From: Parachlamydiales bacterium
GTDB lineage: Bacteria; Chlamydiota; Chlamydiia; Chlamydiales; Parachlamydiaceae
Direction of reading: 5' to 3'
Assembly: GCA_020051075.1 (NCBI GenBank)
Contig: JAGVJP010000064.1
Span: 1-36,583, forward strand
Length of the DNA: 36,583 nt
Position 1 is the first letter of the stretch. Every line of letters begins with the position of its first letter. The notes below the pieces were generated by a model. It saw only the letters and a list, made by a program, of their open reading frames with translations, had not been told where the DNA came from and made no database searches. The translations under genes and the position numbers were made by a program. Of the stretch, positions 17,920 to 26,937 are shown one piece after another.

Positions 17920-18519
17920 ATGATAGATCCAGGCCCAAGTTCTCATATTTTAAGAACACCGTTAGACATTTTTGACACGGCGCTTGAAGTCTTTCCAGAA
18001 GCAGCAGCAAGAGAAGTTATCAAAAATAATCAACCAACTCCTCAATTGCAGCTCTGGTTGTCCCGTTCGATTCAGCCAATCACGTTAACCAGTGAAATCC
18101 CGAGAAAGCACTTTATCATCGCGTTAACTTGGGCGAAGCTTTCAGAACAAGTGGATGATTTGATAGAAGATTCAATGAGCACCTATGTGCTGAGGACAGA
18201 GGATTTCGTCCTCGCAGATCCTTTGAAAAGTTGGAAAAAATTTCGACGGGCTATCTATGAACAATCAGACAGGAAATGTGGAGATCTGATCATTAGTTCT
18301 TTCTTCAGTTCGACGTATGATGAGCTATTGCATTATCTAGAATTTGCTCCTGACCAGGTTGATGCAAATCCGAGCAAATCGGATTTAGCTTATTTTAGGG
18401 ACATCATACCCAAGTGTGGAAATATATGTGAGGGAAACAACCTGATCACCGAGTATTTTCGATCACGTTATCCCTGCATTTATCAGCGGCTTATAGATGA
18501 GCTATTGGAGTCTTCTTAA
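17920..18519 (+). CDS. Hypothetical protein
   Basis: 199-aa ORF filling the space between the tRNA and priA; no family recognised. Confidence 0.6.
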   Translation: MIDPGPSSHILRTPLDIFDTALEVFPEAAAREVIKNNQPTPQLQLWLSRSIQPITLTSEIPRKHFIIALTWAKLSEQVDDLIEDSMSTYVLRTEDFVLADPLKSWKKFRRAIYEQSDRKCGDLIISSFFSSTYDELLHYLEFAPDQVDANPSKSDLAYFRDIIPKCGNICEGNNLITEYFRSRYPCIYQRLIDELLESS

Positions 18520-18683
18520 AACTTTCGCTTGATTATTTCAGAGTGCAACAATGATTTTGTTCTGACCATCGCATCGTAAAGACGGTCAAGAGAGCCGACC
18601 ACAACATTTTCGGCTTCTATCAATACATCAGGCCTTGATTGATCATCTTCTTGTGCTCTTTTAATTCATTCAAAGCCATGATA

Positions 18684-18802
18684 GAAACACAGAGGCACAG
18701 AGAACACAGAGAGTAAACATGGAGAAATACATACTGGCCGCTCTCCGTGCCCTCTGTGCCTCTGTGTTTCAATTTTACAGGATGGGAAAGATAAGAAGGA
18801 TG
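18684..18802. repeat. CACAGAG-family palindromic element fused to a CAGGAT arm
   Basis: GAAACACAGAGGCACAGAG (18684-702) / CTCTGTGCCTCTGTGTTTC (18752-770) perfect 19 bp, then AATTTTACAGGATGGGAAAGATAAG. Confidence 0.85.
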
Positions 18803-18818
18803 AGGGTGTGAAGATTGC

Positions 18819-21056
18819 TTAGAAGAACGTGGAAGAGGGGTTGACGTCGATGGAGTAGCGGACAGTCTTGGGGATGATTTTTGAGGAGAGAATCTTCTGA
18901 AAAATATCGTTCAACCCTGTCATGGCAGGGCCTCGAATGATAAATTGAAACCGGTACAGATCTTTGACTTTAGCATATCCGCATGGGATGACAGGGTTTA
19001 ATTCAAAAGTTGGGGGGAGCTGGCAACAAAAGGCTTCGCGCACGCGATTGGCGATCTCTTCAGTCTCTTTAGGATTCTTTCCTGCAAAAACGAGCTTGGC
19101 TAGATGGCTGAAAGGAGGGTAGCCGAAGAGCTGACGTATGGAGATCTCCTCCTCATAGAAACTGAGGAAATCTTGTTTAGCGGCATGCTGGATGGTCGAA
19201 TTGTCGGGCAGCGATGTCTGTATGATCACTTCTCCTGGCATTGAACCTCTGCCTGAACGCCCAGAAACTTGTGTGACAACCTGAAAGACATTTTCTGAGG
19301 CGCGAAAGTCTGGGATATTCAGTCCACTATCGCTATTGAGGACACCTACCAACGTCACTTCAGGGAAGTGAAGCCCTTTAGCGATCATCTGTGTTCCAAT
19401 GAGGAGGTCTCCTTTGCCGGTAGCAAAATCGCGCAACAATTTTTGATGGCTTCCCTTATGACGCGTGGTGTCGGCATCGATTCGAATGGTCCGTATCGCC
19501 GGGAAGATCGCGTGGAGAGCTCTCTCTATTTGCTCAGTCCCTACGCCGCGAAACTTCAGAGGGTTAGCTCTGCGGCAGCTTGGACATTCTGTTGGAGGAG
19601 GGGCCAGCTGATAGCCGCATAGGTGGCAGGATAAGGTGTTCTCGCCTCGGTGGAAGGTCATTGGAATGTCGCAATGAGCGCATTTAACCGTCTGTTGGCA
19701 ATCTTGACAGAGCAGCGTCGTGTGGTAACCCCGTCTGTTGAGGAAGAGGATGGTCTGCTCTCCTTTCTGATGCCTCTTTTCAATCCCTGTCAGGAGCAGA
19801 TCAGAAAAGTTTGTCAATCCTTTTGCTTTTTCAAATTCTTTTCGCATATCGACAATGGTGACTCGAGGGAGGGTGGAAGCTTCAGGCCTCTCAGTCAATA
19901 TGCTGAGTGTATATTTCCCGTTTTTTGCATTAAAAAAGCTTTCTAAACTAGGTGTGGCGCTTCCAAGAATCACCGTTGCATTAAGGAACTTCCCCCGCAT
20001 CACTGCGACATCGCGTGCTTGATAGCAAGGATGCACGTCACTTTGTTTATAGGTTTGTTCGTGCTCTTCATCGACGATGATCAACCCTAGGTTGACGACA
20101 GGGCTGAAGATGGCTGAGCGAGCTCCAATGACGATTTTGGCATCTCCGCAATGGATCTTGCGCCACTCGTCGTTTCGTTCTCCTTCGCTCAGGCGGTGGT
20201 GCAAGATAGCAATTTTTTCGTCGAAACGGCTTCGAAATCGCTCGATCGTTTGGGCTGTTAAGGAGATCTCCGGGACGAGCATGATCGACCCTTTGTTCAG
20301 CTTCAGGGCCTTGTCGATGGCTTGCAGATAAACTTCCGTTTTTCCACTTCCAGTCACCCCAAAAAGCAGATGTGTTTCAAAGTTGTTTTCAGTGAGACTT
20401 CGCTCAATGTTGTGAAGAGCGTTTGCTTGTTCAGGATTCAATATCTTTGGTTTAGTCATGAAATATTCTTCATTGACCAGAGGCGAACGGTCGATCCGTA
20501 CCGTTTCAATCAAGAGGTGGCCTTGTTTGACTAAGCTGTCGACAGTGCTGCGGGAGCCTTTTGATGCTTCTAATAACTCTGTCAGGAGCATCCCTTTCTT
20601 TACCGGGAGGATAGCATCTAGAATGGCTGCTTGAGCAGGCCGCTTTTCTCTCAATCCGATGCAGATTTCCCTGAGCTCTTCTCTGGGCTTTGCTCGCATG
20701 ACAAAGAGCTGCTCTTTTGGCGCCATCCCTTTTCGTATACAGGGAGGGAGGATCATCCGAAAAATATCCCGGAGTGGGGTGCAGTAGTAGCGGCTTATCC
20801 AGCGGGCGAGTTCAAGGAGGTCTGGAGAGATGAGCGGATTCTCTGAAAGGATCTTGGCAATGGGTTGGACCGGGAAAAAATCAGCTTTCTCTTTGACTGC
20901 AATGACATACCCTTCTTTGAGCTGCCGTCGGATAGGAACCGCTACCTTAGTGCCTGGACGGATAGCGTGCAGCTGATCGGAGGATATTCCATAGTCGAGG
21001 ACTTTATCAACAGCCACTTCCAATACGATAGCAGCATAAGCAGCAAAGGGTTCCAT
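18819..21056 (-). CDS. priA: Primosomal protein N' (PriA helicase)
   Basis: GVTGSGKTEVY, DEEHE, LNRRGY, four CxxC pairs, GTQMIAKGLHFP, PDFRASE. Confidence 0.97.
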   Translation of the reverse strand: MEPFAAYAAIVLEVAVDKVLDYGISSDQLHAIRPGTKVAVPIRRQLKEGYVIAVKEKADFFPVQPIAKILSENPLISPDLLELARWISRYYCTPLRDIFRMILPPCIRKGMAPKEQLFVMRAKPREELREICIGLREKRPAQAAILDAILPVKKGMLLTELLEASKGSRSTVDSLVKQGHLLIETVRIDRSPLVNEEYFMTKPKILNPEQANALHNIERSLTENNFETHLLFGVTGSGKTEVYLQAIDKALKLNKGSIMLVPEISLTAQTIERFRSRFDEKIAILHHRLSEGERNDEWRKIHCGDAKIVIGARSAIFSPVVNLGLIIVDEEHEQTYKQSDVHPCYQARDVAVMRGKFLNATVILGSATPSLESFFNAKNGKYTLSILTERPEASTLPRVTIVDMRKEFEKAKGLTNFSDLLLTGIEKRHQKGEQTILFLNRRGYHTTLLCQDCQQTVKCAHCDIPMTFHRGENTLSCHLCGYQLAPPPTECPSCRRANPLKFRGVGTEQIERALHAIFPAIRTIRIDADTTRHKGSHQKLLRDFATGKGDLLIGTQMIAKGLHFPEVTLVGVLNSDSGLNIPDFRASENVFQVVTQVSGRSGRGSMPGEVIIQTSLPDNSTIQHAAKQDFLSFYEEEISIRQLFGYPPFSHLAKLVFAGKNPKETEEIANRVREAFCCQLPPTFELNPVIPCGYAKVKDLYRFQFIIRGPAMTGLNDIFQKILSSKIIPKTVRYSIDVNPSSTFF

Positions 21057-21057
21057 T

Positions 21058-22032
21058 CTATTTTCCTTTCATAGCGGCAAACTCAGTACAAATTGCCCGC
21101 CAAAGATAGGCTTTCATCTTGCCATTCTTGAAATAGAACTCCAGATCCGACAACAATAGAAGGGGAATATGATTTAAGAAGTGCTTCCCTTCTTGAGGAT
21201 TCTCTTGATGAAACTGCATCAGCTGGGGCTGGAGATAGAGTCCATAGTCGCTGGCGATGATGAGCTGCAGCCCTTGAGCATTTAATACTGTTGCCCACTG
21301 CTTTTCGTTTTCAATTTTAGGCGCTTGAATGACCCGAGCAGGGGAAAGCCGATGGGTAATCGCTTGAGCAATATTTTTCAAGAAGGCGAGCGATTTCACC
21401 CCATCGTCAAAGGATAAAATCAGAATGGGGGGGATCTCTTCAGCCTCTTGCCACTGATTTTTCTTTTTCTTTGCTATCCGATCGTCCGGGATAACTGTTT
21501 CTAATGTGATCTGATTAAAGTGTGTTTGAAAAAACGACCACATCTCTTTAAATTGAGGTGGCGGGCCGCTGTAAGGAGCCAAAGGGGTCAACGCAATTGT
21601 TTTGAGTCCTGAAGAGGCGTTGAAAGGGGCAGGGGGTTTGAGCACAGGCGATGAGTTTTCTTTTGGTTGTTCTTGGCTTTGCTCTGGGCGAGGTGAGGGA
21701 AGGGGAGTTGGAATTTTGATTGGTGCTTTTTCAGGTGAAGATGCAGCTGGAGATGGAACAGGAGTAGGAGTAGGAGTTGGAGTTGGAGTTGGAGTTGGAG
21801 TTGGAGTAGGTTTCAGAAGAGCTGAATCCGTGAGATTAGATTCTTTTAGAAGAACTTTTGGTTGGGGTAAAACTGATTTTGAATCGGTACGTGCCTTGGG
21901 GAGGTTGAGTTTTTGATAATGTAATAGAGCATCAGGACTGACTGTAAGATTTTTTATCTCAGAACATTCTCGCAATAGGTAAAGCTGTGTAAGAGCGATA
22001 AGTTCTCCATAGCTAGATTTGAGTGAGGTCAT
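21058..22032 (-). CDS. Chlamydial hypothetical protein next to priA (CT779-like), with Pro-Thr linker
   Basis: FLKNIAQAI...ARVI and C-terminal K..LW motifs; (PT)n tract; adjacent to priA. Confidence 0.65.
   Translation of the reverse strand: MTSLKSSYGELIALTQLYLLRECSEIKNLTVSPDALLHYQKLNLPKARTDSKSVLPQPKVLLKESNLTDSALLKPTPTPTPTPTPTPTPTPVPSPAASSPEKAPIKIPTPLPSPRPEQSQEQPKENSSPVLKPPAPFNASSGLKTIALTPLAPYSGPPPQFKEMWSFFQTHFNQITLETVIPDDRIAKKKKNQWQEAEEIPPILILSFDDGVKSLAFLKNIAQAITHRLSPARVIQAPKIENEKQWATVLNAQGLQLIIASDYGLYLQPQLMQFHQENPQEGKHFLNHIPLLLLSDLEFYFKNGKMKAYLWRAICTEFAAMKGK
21761..21810. repeat. Coding hexamer repeat (GGAGTW)x8
   Basis: Encodes the Pro-Thr tract on the minus strand. Confidence 0.9.
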
Positions 22033-22772
22033 AGATTAGCAATTCCTAGATGAGGCGGTTCGATGGCCACGGGGAGATGGTCAAAGCCTCTTTCGCGGTA
22101 TTTGCCAAGGACTACTCTTAATATCTGTTCAGGACCGATTGGACACTTGAATGCTTTATGGATGAAATCACTCCCATACATTTGGGAAAGAACAGCTTGA
22201 CCCCTCAATAGGCAGAGAAGGATATTTTCGTTTTTGAGCTGCCCTTTGAGAGAACCGGCTAGATAGCGGAGTGCTTGTTGATAGCGCCGATTTAATGCGA
22301 TCATATTCCGTCTAAAGTTCTTGAGCAGCTCTATCTTCTTCTTAGAAGAGCACTCTAAACGGGTTAAAGCATTCAATAATTCGAGATTATTGACCGATGT
22401 TAACCATGTTTGATGAAGGGTTATGTGGAGGTTAATGTGATATTTGTCTTTATATTGCGAATTATGCGGCAATTGTTCAGAATATTCTTTAAGCTTGGTC
22501 AATAACCCTTTTGTCCAGAGCGGGAAGGCTTGCTGTTCTTCTGTGGATAGGCTGCCGACTAAAAGTCTGAGAATTTTAAAGAATGAATCGAAAGGAATGT
22601 CTTGAGAATAAGGGGCTGTGAGATATTTCTCTGTTAGGTCATTAATTTCTAAGATGAGCGGGTGGATTTTAATAAAATGGGTGATGATAAACTGCAATAG
22701 CAAGCTATTATCATGATAGAAAGCGTTGAAATAGTGGTTGCGTTCTTTTATGAGCTTTTCCACAACATACAT
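22029..22772 (-). CDS. Hypothetical helical protein
   Basis: 247-aa ORF with AAGG RBS, 4-nt overlap with the next gene. Confidence 0.7.
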   Translation of the reverse strand: MYVVEKLIKERNHYFNAFYHDNSLLLQFIITHFIKIHPLILEINDLTEKYLTAPYSQDIPFDSFFKILRLLVGSLSTEEQQAFPLWTKGLLTKLKEYSEQLPHNSQYKDKYHINLHITLHQTWLTSVNNLELLNALTRLECSSKKKIELLKNFRRNMIALNRRYQQALRYLAGSLKGQLKNENILLCLLRGQAVLSQMYGSDFIHKAFKCPIGPEQILRVVLGKYRERGFDHLPVAIEPPHLGIANL

Positions 22773-22825
22773 ACCTTTTAGATAAATGTCATCCTACCAT
22801 ACGATTTCACAAAAAAGCAAGATTT

Positions 22826-23233
22826 TTACAACTGTTCCCTCCAGTCTTCAATCTTAAGTTCTTCCACCCTCGTAAATTCTCTTCCATTTGAAGTGACCAT
22901 GATTAAATGGTGGGCAAGGCAGGTTCCGGCAATTAAAACATTATAAGGTCCGATGGGTAAGCCCATGCTTTTTAATTTAGATCTGATCAATGCAACCGCA
23001 TGGGCACATTGTGAGGAAAAATCAAGAATTTTAATTTGTTGAAGTAAATTTTCCCATACTGGGCGAATTTTCTTTTCTCTTTCTTCATTTAATTTAAGAC
23101 CGTATTCAATCTCCATGACCGTCACAGTCGAAATATAAATCTGTGTGGGAAGGACATTTTCGAAATGGGTGACAACATTGGAGATTTTCTTAAAGAAGTC
23201 AGAAATAACACAAGTGTCGAGAAGGTATTTCAT
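22826..23233 (-). CDS. vapC: VapC-family PIN-domain toxin (Asn at position 98)
   Basis: YLLDT, VMEIEYG, GPYNVLIAG, VTSN.REF.RV..L.IEDW. Confidence 0.9.
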   Translation of the reverse strand: MKYLLDTCVISDFFKKISNVVTHFENVLPTQIYISTVTVMEIEYGLKLNEEREKKIRPVWENLLQQIKILDFSSQCAHAVALIRSKLKSMGLPIGPYNVLIAGTCLAHHLIMVTSNGREFTRVEELKIEDWREQL

Positions 23234-23484
23234 GCCAAAGGATCCTCTTTAACATTCGAAGTCAGATCGTTTCTTAGTTCTTTAAAGTCAGGAACATCCG
23301 TAATTGCATCAAAATCAAAGAAATCTTTTGGCCACTGAGAGTAGTCATGGTTATTTAGCCATTCTCTAACAGCTTCGTTGATAATCGAATTGCGACTCCT
23401 ATGGAGTTTCTTGGCAGCTTTAGCCAGCTCGCCTCCCATTTTTTTTTCTTTTAAGTAGACGTTAAAATTCATAAATTTCTCCAT
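23230..23484 (-). CDS. vapB: Ribbon-helix-helix antitoxin (VapB-like)
   Basis: MNFNVYL...AKKLHRSRNSIINEAVREWL; ATGA overlap with vapC; start may be 23472. Confidence 0.8.
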   Translation of the reverse strand: MEKFMNFNVYLKEKKMGGELAKAAKKLHRSRNSIINEAVREWLNNHDYSQWPKDFFDFDAITDVPDFKELRNDLTSNVKEDPLA

Positions 23485-23495
23485 TCTTCATCTAT

Positions 23496-23516
23496 TGTTA
23501 TAACATGTTAGGTTAT
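23496..23516. promoter_or_regulatory. Overlapping palindromes, likely vapBC autoregulatory operator
   Basis: TGTTATAACA (23496-505) and TAACATGTTA (23501-510) immediately upstream of the antitoxin. Confidence 0.5.
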
Positions 23517-23539
23517 ATTTAATCAATAAAAAAACAAGC

Positions 23540-23580
23540 AAAAAAAAATCTGCACAAAAATTAATCTGTGCAGATTTTTT
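23540..23580 (-). terminator. Intrinsic terminator, bidirectional architecture
   Basis: AAAAAATCTGCACA-N10-TGTGCAGATTTTTT; a second hairpin AAAATTTGC-cgaa-GCAAATTTT at about 23592-23613. Confidence 0.75.
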
Positions 23581-23627
23581 GACTTTTTGATAAAATTTGC
23601 CGAAGCAAATTTTAATCGAAAGCCAAA

Positions 23628-23744
23628 TTACCCTCTTTTTTGACTTGGATTTTTGTTTGGCGCAGCTGGGCTTGCTGGTTTTTGTGGTTGTTTTGGTGCT
23701 GGATTTGGCTTGCGCTCTTGTTGTTGTGGTTTTCTTGTATCCAT
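23628..23744 (-). CDS. Unannotated 38-aa Pro/Gln/Lys-rich small protein
   Basis: MDTRKPQQQERKPNPAPKQPQKPASPAAPNKNPSQKRG*; AAAGGAG RBS 8 nt before ATG; all Pro codons CCA; followed by terminator hairpins. Confidence 0.75.
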   Translation of the reverse strand: MDTRKPQQQERKPNPAPKQPQKPASPAAPNKNPSQKRG

Positions 23745-23771
23745 GATATTTTCTCCTTTTTTGTGTTGTTT

Positions 23772-23866
23772 AATTGCACTGTTTACCATCGAAACAGTTA
23801 ACAATTAAGTTACTATTCGTAAGTCCTCAGAAGATGATTTCCGAACACTTACTTGTATAACTTAAT
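23772..23866 (-). ncRNA. Candidate structured 5' leader of the small-protein gene
   Basis: AUUAAGUUAU/GUAACUUAAU, GUAAGU/ACUUAC and UUCGGAA/UUCUGAG stacked stems plus an ACUGUUU/AAACAGU hairpin; wobble pairs form only on the minus strand. Confidence 0.45.
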
Positions 23867-23957
23867 CTATTACTTTCTTTGAAATGGTTGTCAATAAAAA
23901 AATAAGGAGCTAAAAAAAACGCTTGTAACACGCTTATTGTAAATTGGTTGCGTGTGT

Positions 23958-26525
23958 TCACAGATCAAAGAGATAGAGTTGGTTATCAGGGCGGGGAATT
24001 TTAGGCTTATTGACAACGGTTTTTTTCGTTTTTGGAGGCTCAAAAGCCGTCTTTCGGTTGGAGTTTTCCTCAAGATGTTCTAAAATTTCTCTGGAGCGCT
24101 GAATCACTGCCTGCGGCAGCCCGGCGAGCCGTGCGACATGGATTCCATAGCTTTTATCTGTTCCTCCTCGGACAATTTTACGCAGGAACGTGATGTGATC
24201 TTCTGCTTCGTGGACTGCGACGTTATAGTTGACTGCGCCTGGGATCCTCTCTTCTAACTTTGTCAGCTCCCAATAATGTGTCGCAAAGAGTGTTTTAGCC
24301 ATTCGATGCTCTGTTGTTAACAAATACTCTGCGACTGCCCATGCAATTGAAATCCCGTCATACGTGCTTGTCCCTCGTCCGATCTCGTCCAATATTACCA
24401 ATGAACGGGAGGTTGCGTTATTCAAGATGTTGGCTGTTTCGGTCATTTCAACCATAAAGGTGGACTGCCCTCTGGATAAGTCGTCGCTGGCTCCAATTCG
24501 CGTGAAGGTCTTGTCAACACTTCCGATGCGAGCTTTTTTGGCAGGGACGTAAGATCCCATATGGGCCATAATGACAATTAAAGCCACTTGCCTTAAATAT
24601 GTGGACTTTCCAGCCATATTCGGACCGGTAATAAGCAGAAGGCGCTGTTGTTCATTGTCGAGGTAGGTGTCATTTGGAACAAATTTTTCTCGTTTGCAAA
24701 CTTGTTCGATGACAGGGTGCCGACCTTCTTCAATTTCAAGGATGTAGCTGTCATCGACGAGAGGGCGGCAGTAGCCGTTGGTTTTAGCGCAAACAGCTAA
24801 GCTGTTTATACAGTCCAATCGCGCGACTGCTTGTGCGATCCTCATGACATCTTTTGAATAGCGGGCAACTTCTTGCCGAAGCAGAGAAAAGAGTTCGCTT
24901 TCAATTGCTTCAATCCTTTCTTCAGCTGTCAACACTTTAGTCTCATAGTCTTTTAGAGCGGGAGAGATGTACCGTTCAGCGTTGACTAATGTCTGTCGGC
25001 GAAGAAATGTATTGGGCATCAGGTTGGATTGTCCGCGGCTCACTTCGATGTAGTAGCCAAACATCCTGCTGTAGCCTACTTTCAGGGTCTTAATTCCAAG
25101 TTCTTCCCGCAGCTGTGTCTGATAGGATGCAATCCATGCTTTGCTATCACGGCTCAGTTCCCGCAGTTCATCGAGTTCTTTGTGGAAGCCGTCTCGAAAA
25201 GTTTTTCCTTCACCTAATCTCAATGGAGGTTCATCTACGATGGCTTGTGAGATCTTATAATTCATGTCTGGGAGAGGGTCTAGTTTGTGCGCCTCGTCTT
25301 GAATCCATTGTGAATGAGTATTGGCTAATGCTGCCTTCAAGGAGCCTATAGAAGAAAATGAATGATGAAGAGCGATAAGATCTCGAGGTGTGGCATAGCC
25401 TGAGCTGATTTTCATCATCAGCCGTTCGAGATCTTTTATTGGTTTAAGCTGCTCAGTCAATAGGTCGAGCAGCTGTTCTTTCTTGAGGCATTCTTCAATA
25501 GCATCTTGCCGCTGACAGATCTCACTAGAGGATAATAGGGGCTGCTTAATCCAATGGTGCAATAAGCGGCCTCCCATCGGAGTTAGCGTATGATCTAAGG
25601 TTTCTAGCAATGTATTCCGTCTGCTCCCATCCTGCAGTGAAGCAGTCAACTCGAGGTTTCGTTGAGTGATTCGGTCCAAAGACATGAATTGTGAAGTGGA
25701 ATAGGAGTGGATGTCTTGGATATGGTCGATGGGGAGGCAGAGGGAGCCCTGTAAATAGTGCAGCAAGGCGCCAGAGGCGGTGATTGCCGCCGACATCCCT
25801 GTTAAGCCGAAGCCATCGAGCGAATGGATTTTAAAGTGGTTGATGAGGAAGTCGCACGTTTGTTGAAAGTCGAAATGCCAATCAGGCAGGGTGTTGATCA
25901 GTAAGGAATAGGATTGGCAGACCTCTTCAAAGAGTGATTCGTATTTTGATTTAAATTTCTCTGAGGTGAGGAACTCGGCGGGGTGGAGGCGGAAAATTTC
26001 GTTGATGAGGTCTCTTTCGTGTTCAAATTCGCTGACCCAGCATTCTCCTGTGGTTAAGTCTAGAAAGGCTAATCCAAAGATCTGGCCCACTTGGGTGGCT
26101 GCTGCAAAGAAATTATTGCATTTATCTGAGAGTAAATTGGAGTTAATCAGCGTCCCCGGAGTGACGATGCGGACGATTTCCCGTTTCACTAACCCTTTTG
26201 TCTTTTTGGGGTCTTCAACCTGTTCTGCTATGGCGACGCGAAATCCTTTTGCGACGAGTTTGTCGATGTAGCTTTCACTAGTATGGAAGGGGATGCCGCT
26301 CATGGGAATCTCCTGACGCTTGGTCAATGTGAGGCCGAGTTCTTTGGAGAGGATGTGGGCATCTTCATAGAAGGCTTCATAGAAATCACCCAAACGGAAG
26401 AAGAGAATGGCATTTTGAGCGTCCCGTTTGCATTGAAACCACTGTACCATCATCGGGGAGGCGGCAGTTTCATTAAATGCAACTGCTGAGGTTTCTTGAC
26501 ATGCAACTAATGTATCTTCAGGCAT
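23958..26525 (-). CDS. mutS: DNA mismatch repair protein MutS
   Basis: FFRLGDFYEAF, TGPNMAGKSTYLRQ, STFMVEM, DEIGRGT, FATHY, SYGIHVA. Confidence 0.98.
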   Translation of the reverse strand: MPEDTLVACQETSAVAFNETAASPMMVQWFQCKRDAQNAILFFRLGDFYEAFYEDAHILSKELGLTLTKRQEIPMSGIPFHTSESYIDKLVAKGFRVAIAEQVEDPKKTKGLVKREIVRIVTPGTLINSNLLSDKCNNFFAAATQVGQIFGLAFLDLTTGECWVSEFEHERDLINEIFRLHPAEFLTSEKFKSKYESLFEEVCQSYSLLINTLPDWHFDFQQTCDFLINHFKIHSLDGFGLTGMSAAITASGALLHYLQGSLCLPIDHIQDIHSYSTSQFMSLDRITQRNLELTASLQDGSRRNTLLETLDHTLTPMGGRLLHHWIKQPLLSSSEICQRQDAIEECLKKEQLLDLLTEQLKPIKDLERLMMKISSGYATPRDLIALHHSFSSIGSLKAALANTHSQWIQDEAHKLDPLPDMNYKISQAIVDEPPLRLGEGKTFRDGFHKELDELRELSRDSKAWIASYQTQLREELGIKTLKVGYSRMFGYYIEVSRGQSNLMPNTFLRRQTLVNAERYISPALKDYETKVLTAEERIEAIESELFSLLRQEVARYSKDVMRIAQAVARLDCINSLAVCAKTNGYCRPLVDDSYILEIEEGRHPVIEQVCKREKFVPNDTYLDNEQQRLLLITGPNMAGKSTYLRQVALIVIMAHMGSYVPAKKARIGSVDKTFTRIGASDDLSRGQSTFMVEMTETANILNNATSRSLVILDEIGRGTSTYDGISIAWAVAEYLLTTEHRMAKTLFATHYWELTKLEERIPGAVNYNVAVHEAEDHITFLRKIVRGGTDKSYGIHVARLAGLPQAVIQRSREILEHLEENSNRKTAFEPPKTKKTVVNKPKIPRPDNQLYLFDL

Positions 26526-26548
26526 AAATTACCCTCATATCAAATAAG

Positions 26549-26922
26549 TATATTACGCGATGTGCGAATTTTTGTTGCTGCTATGTCTGTGTGTGCAGAG
26601 TGGTCCTTAGCTTCTATTAAACACAGAGGCACAGAGATCACAGAGAGCAAGTATGGAGAATATATCATTCTCTGTGCCCTCTGTGTCTCTGTGTTTCTAA
26701 GATGTGGGTAAAACAATGGACGCGGAGACGCAAAGGTACGAATATGCTAAGAAGGGGAAAATTCTTGTATCATTTTTCATACACAATTTTTTATTTCCAC
26801 TTTATACCCCAATTCGCTCCTTTGCATCTCCGCGTCTTTGCGCCTCTGCGTTTAATAGAAGCGAAGGACCGCTCTGCACACACAGACGTAGCTTCAACAG
26901 AAATTTGCGCATCTCGAGTATA
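26549..26922. repeat. Branched palindromic element: 64-bp outer IR enclosing CACAGAG and CGCAAAG hairpins
   Basis: 26559-26622/26850-26913 (56/64); inner hairpins 26619-26696 and 26719-26836. Confidence 0.85.
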
Positions 26923-26937
26923 TTAGCCGTTTGGAGA

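Noticed and set aside
18517..18679. Possible frameshifted gene remnant on the minus strand (…RAQEDDQSRPDVLIEAENVVVGSLDRLYDAM…) next to a CACAGAG element
   Set aside because: Only about 50 open codons, it needs an assumed frameshift, and there is no recognisable homology.
21602..21916. GV-repeat ORF on the plus strand
   Set aside because: It is the antisense reading of the Pro-Thr hexamer repeat.
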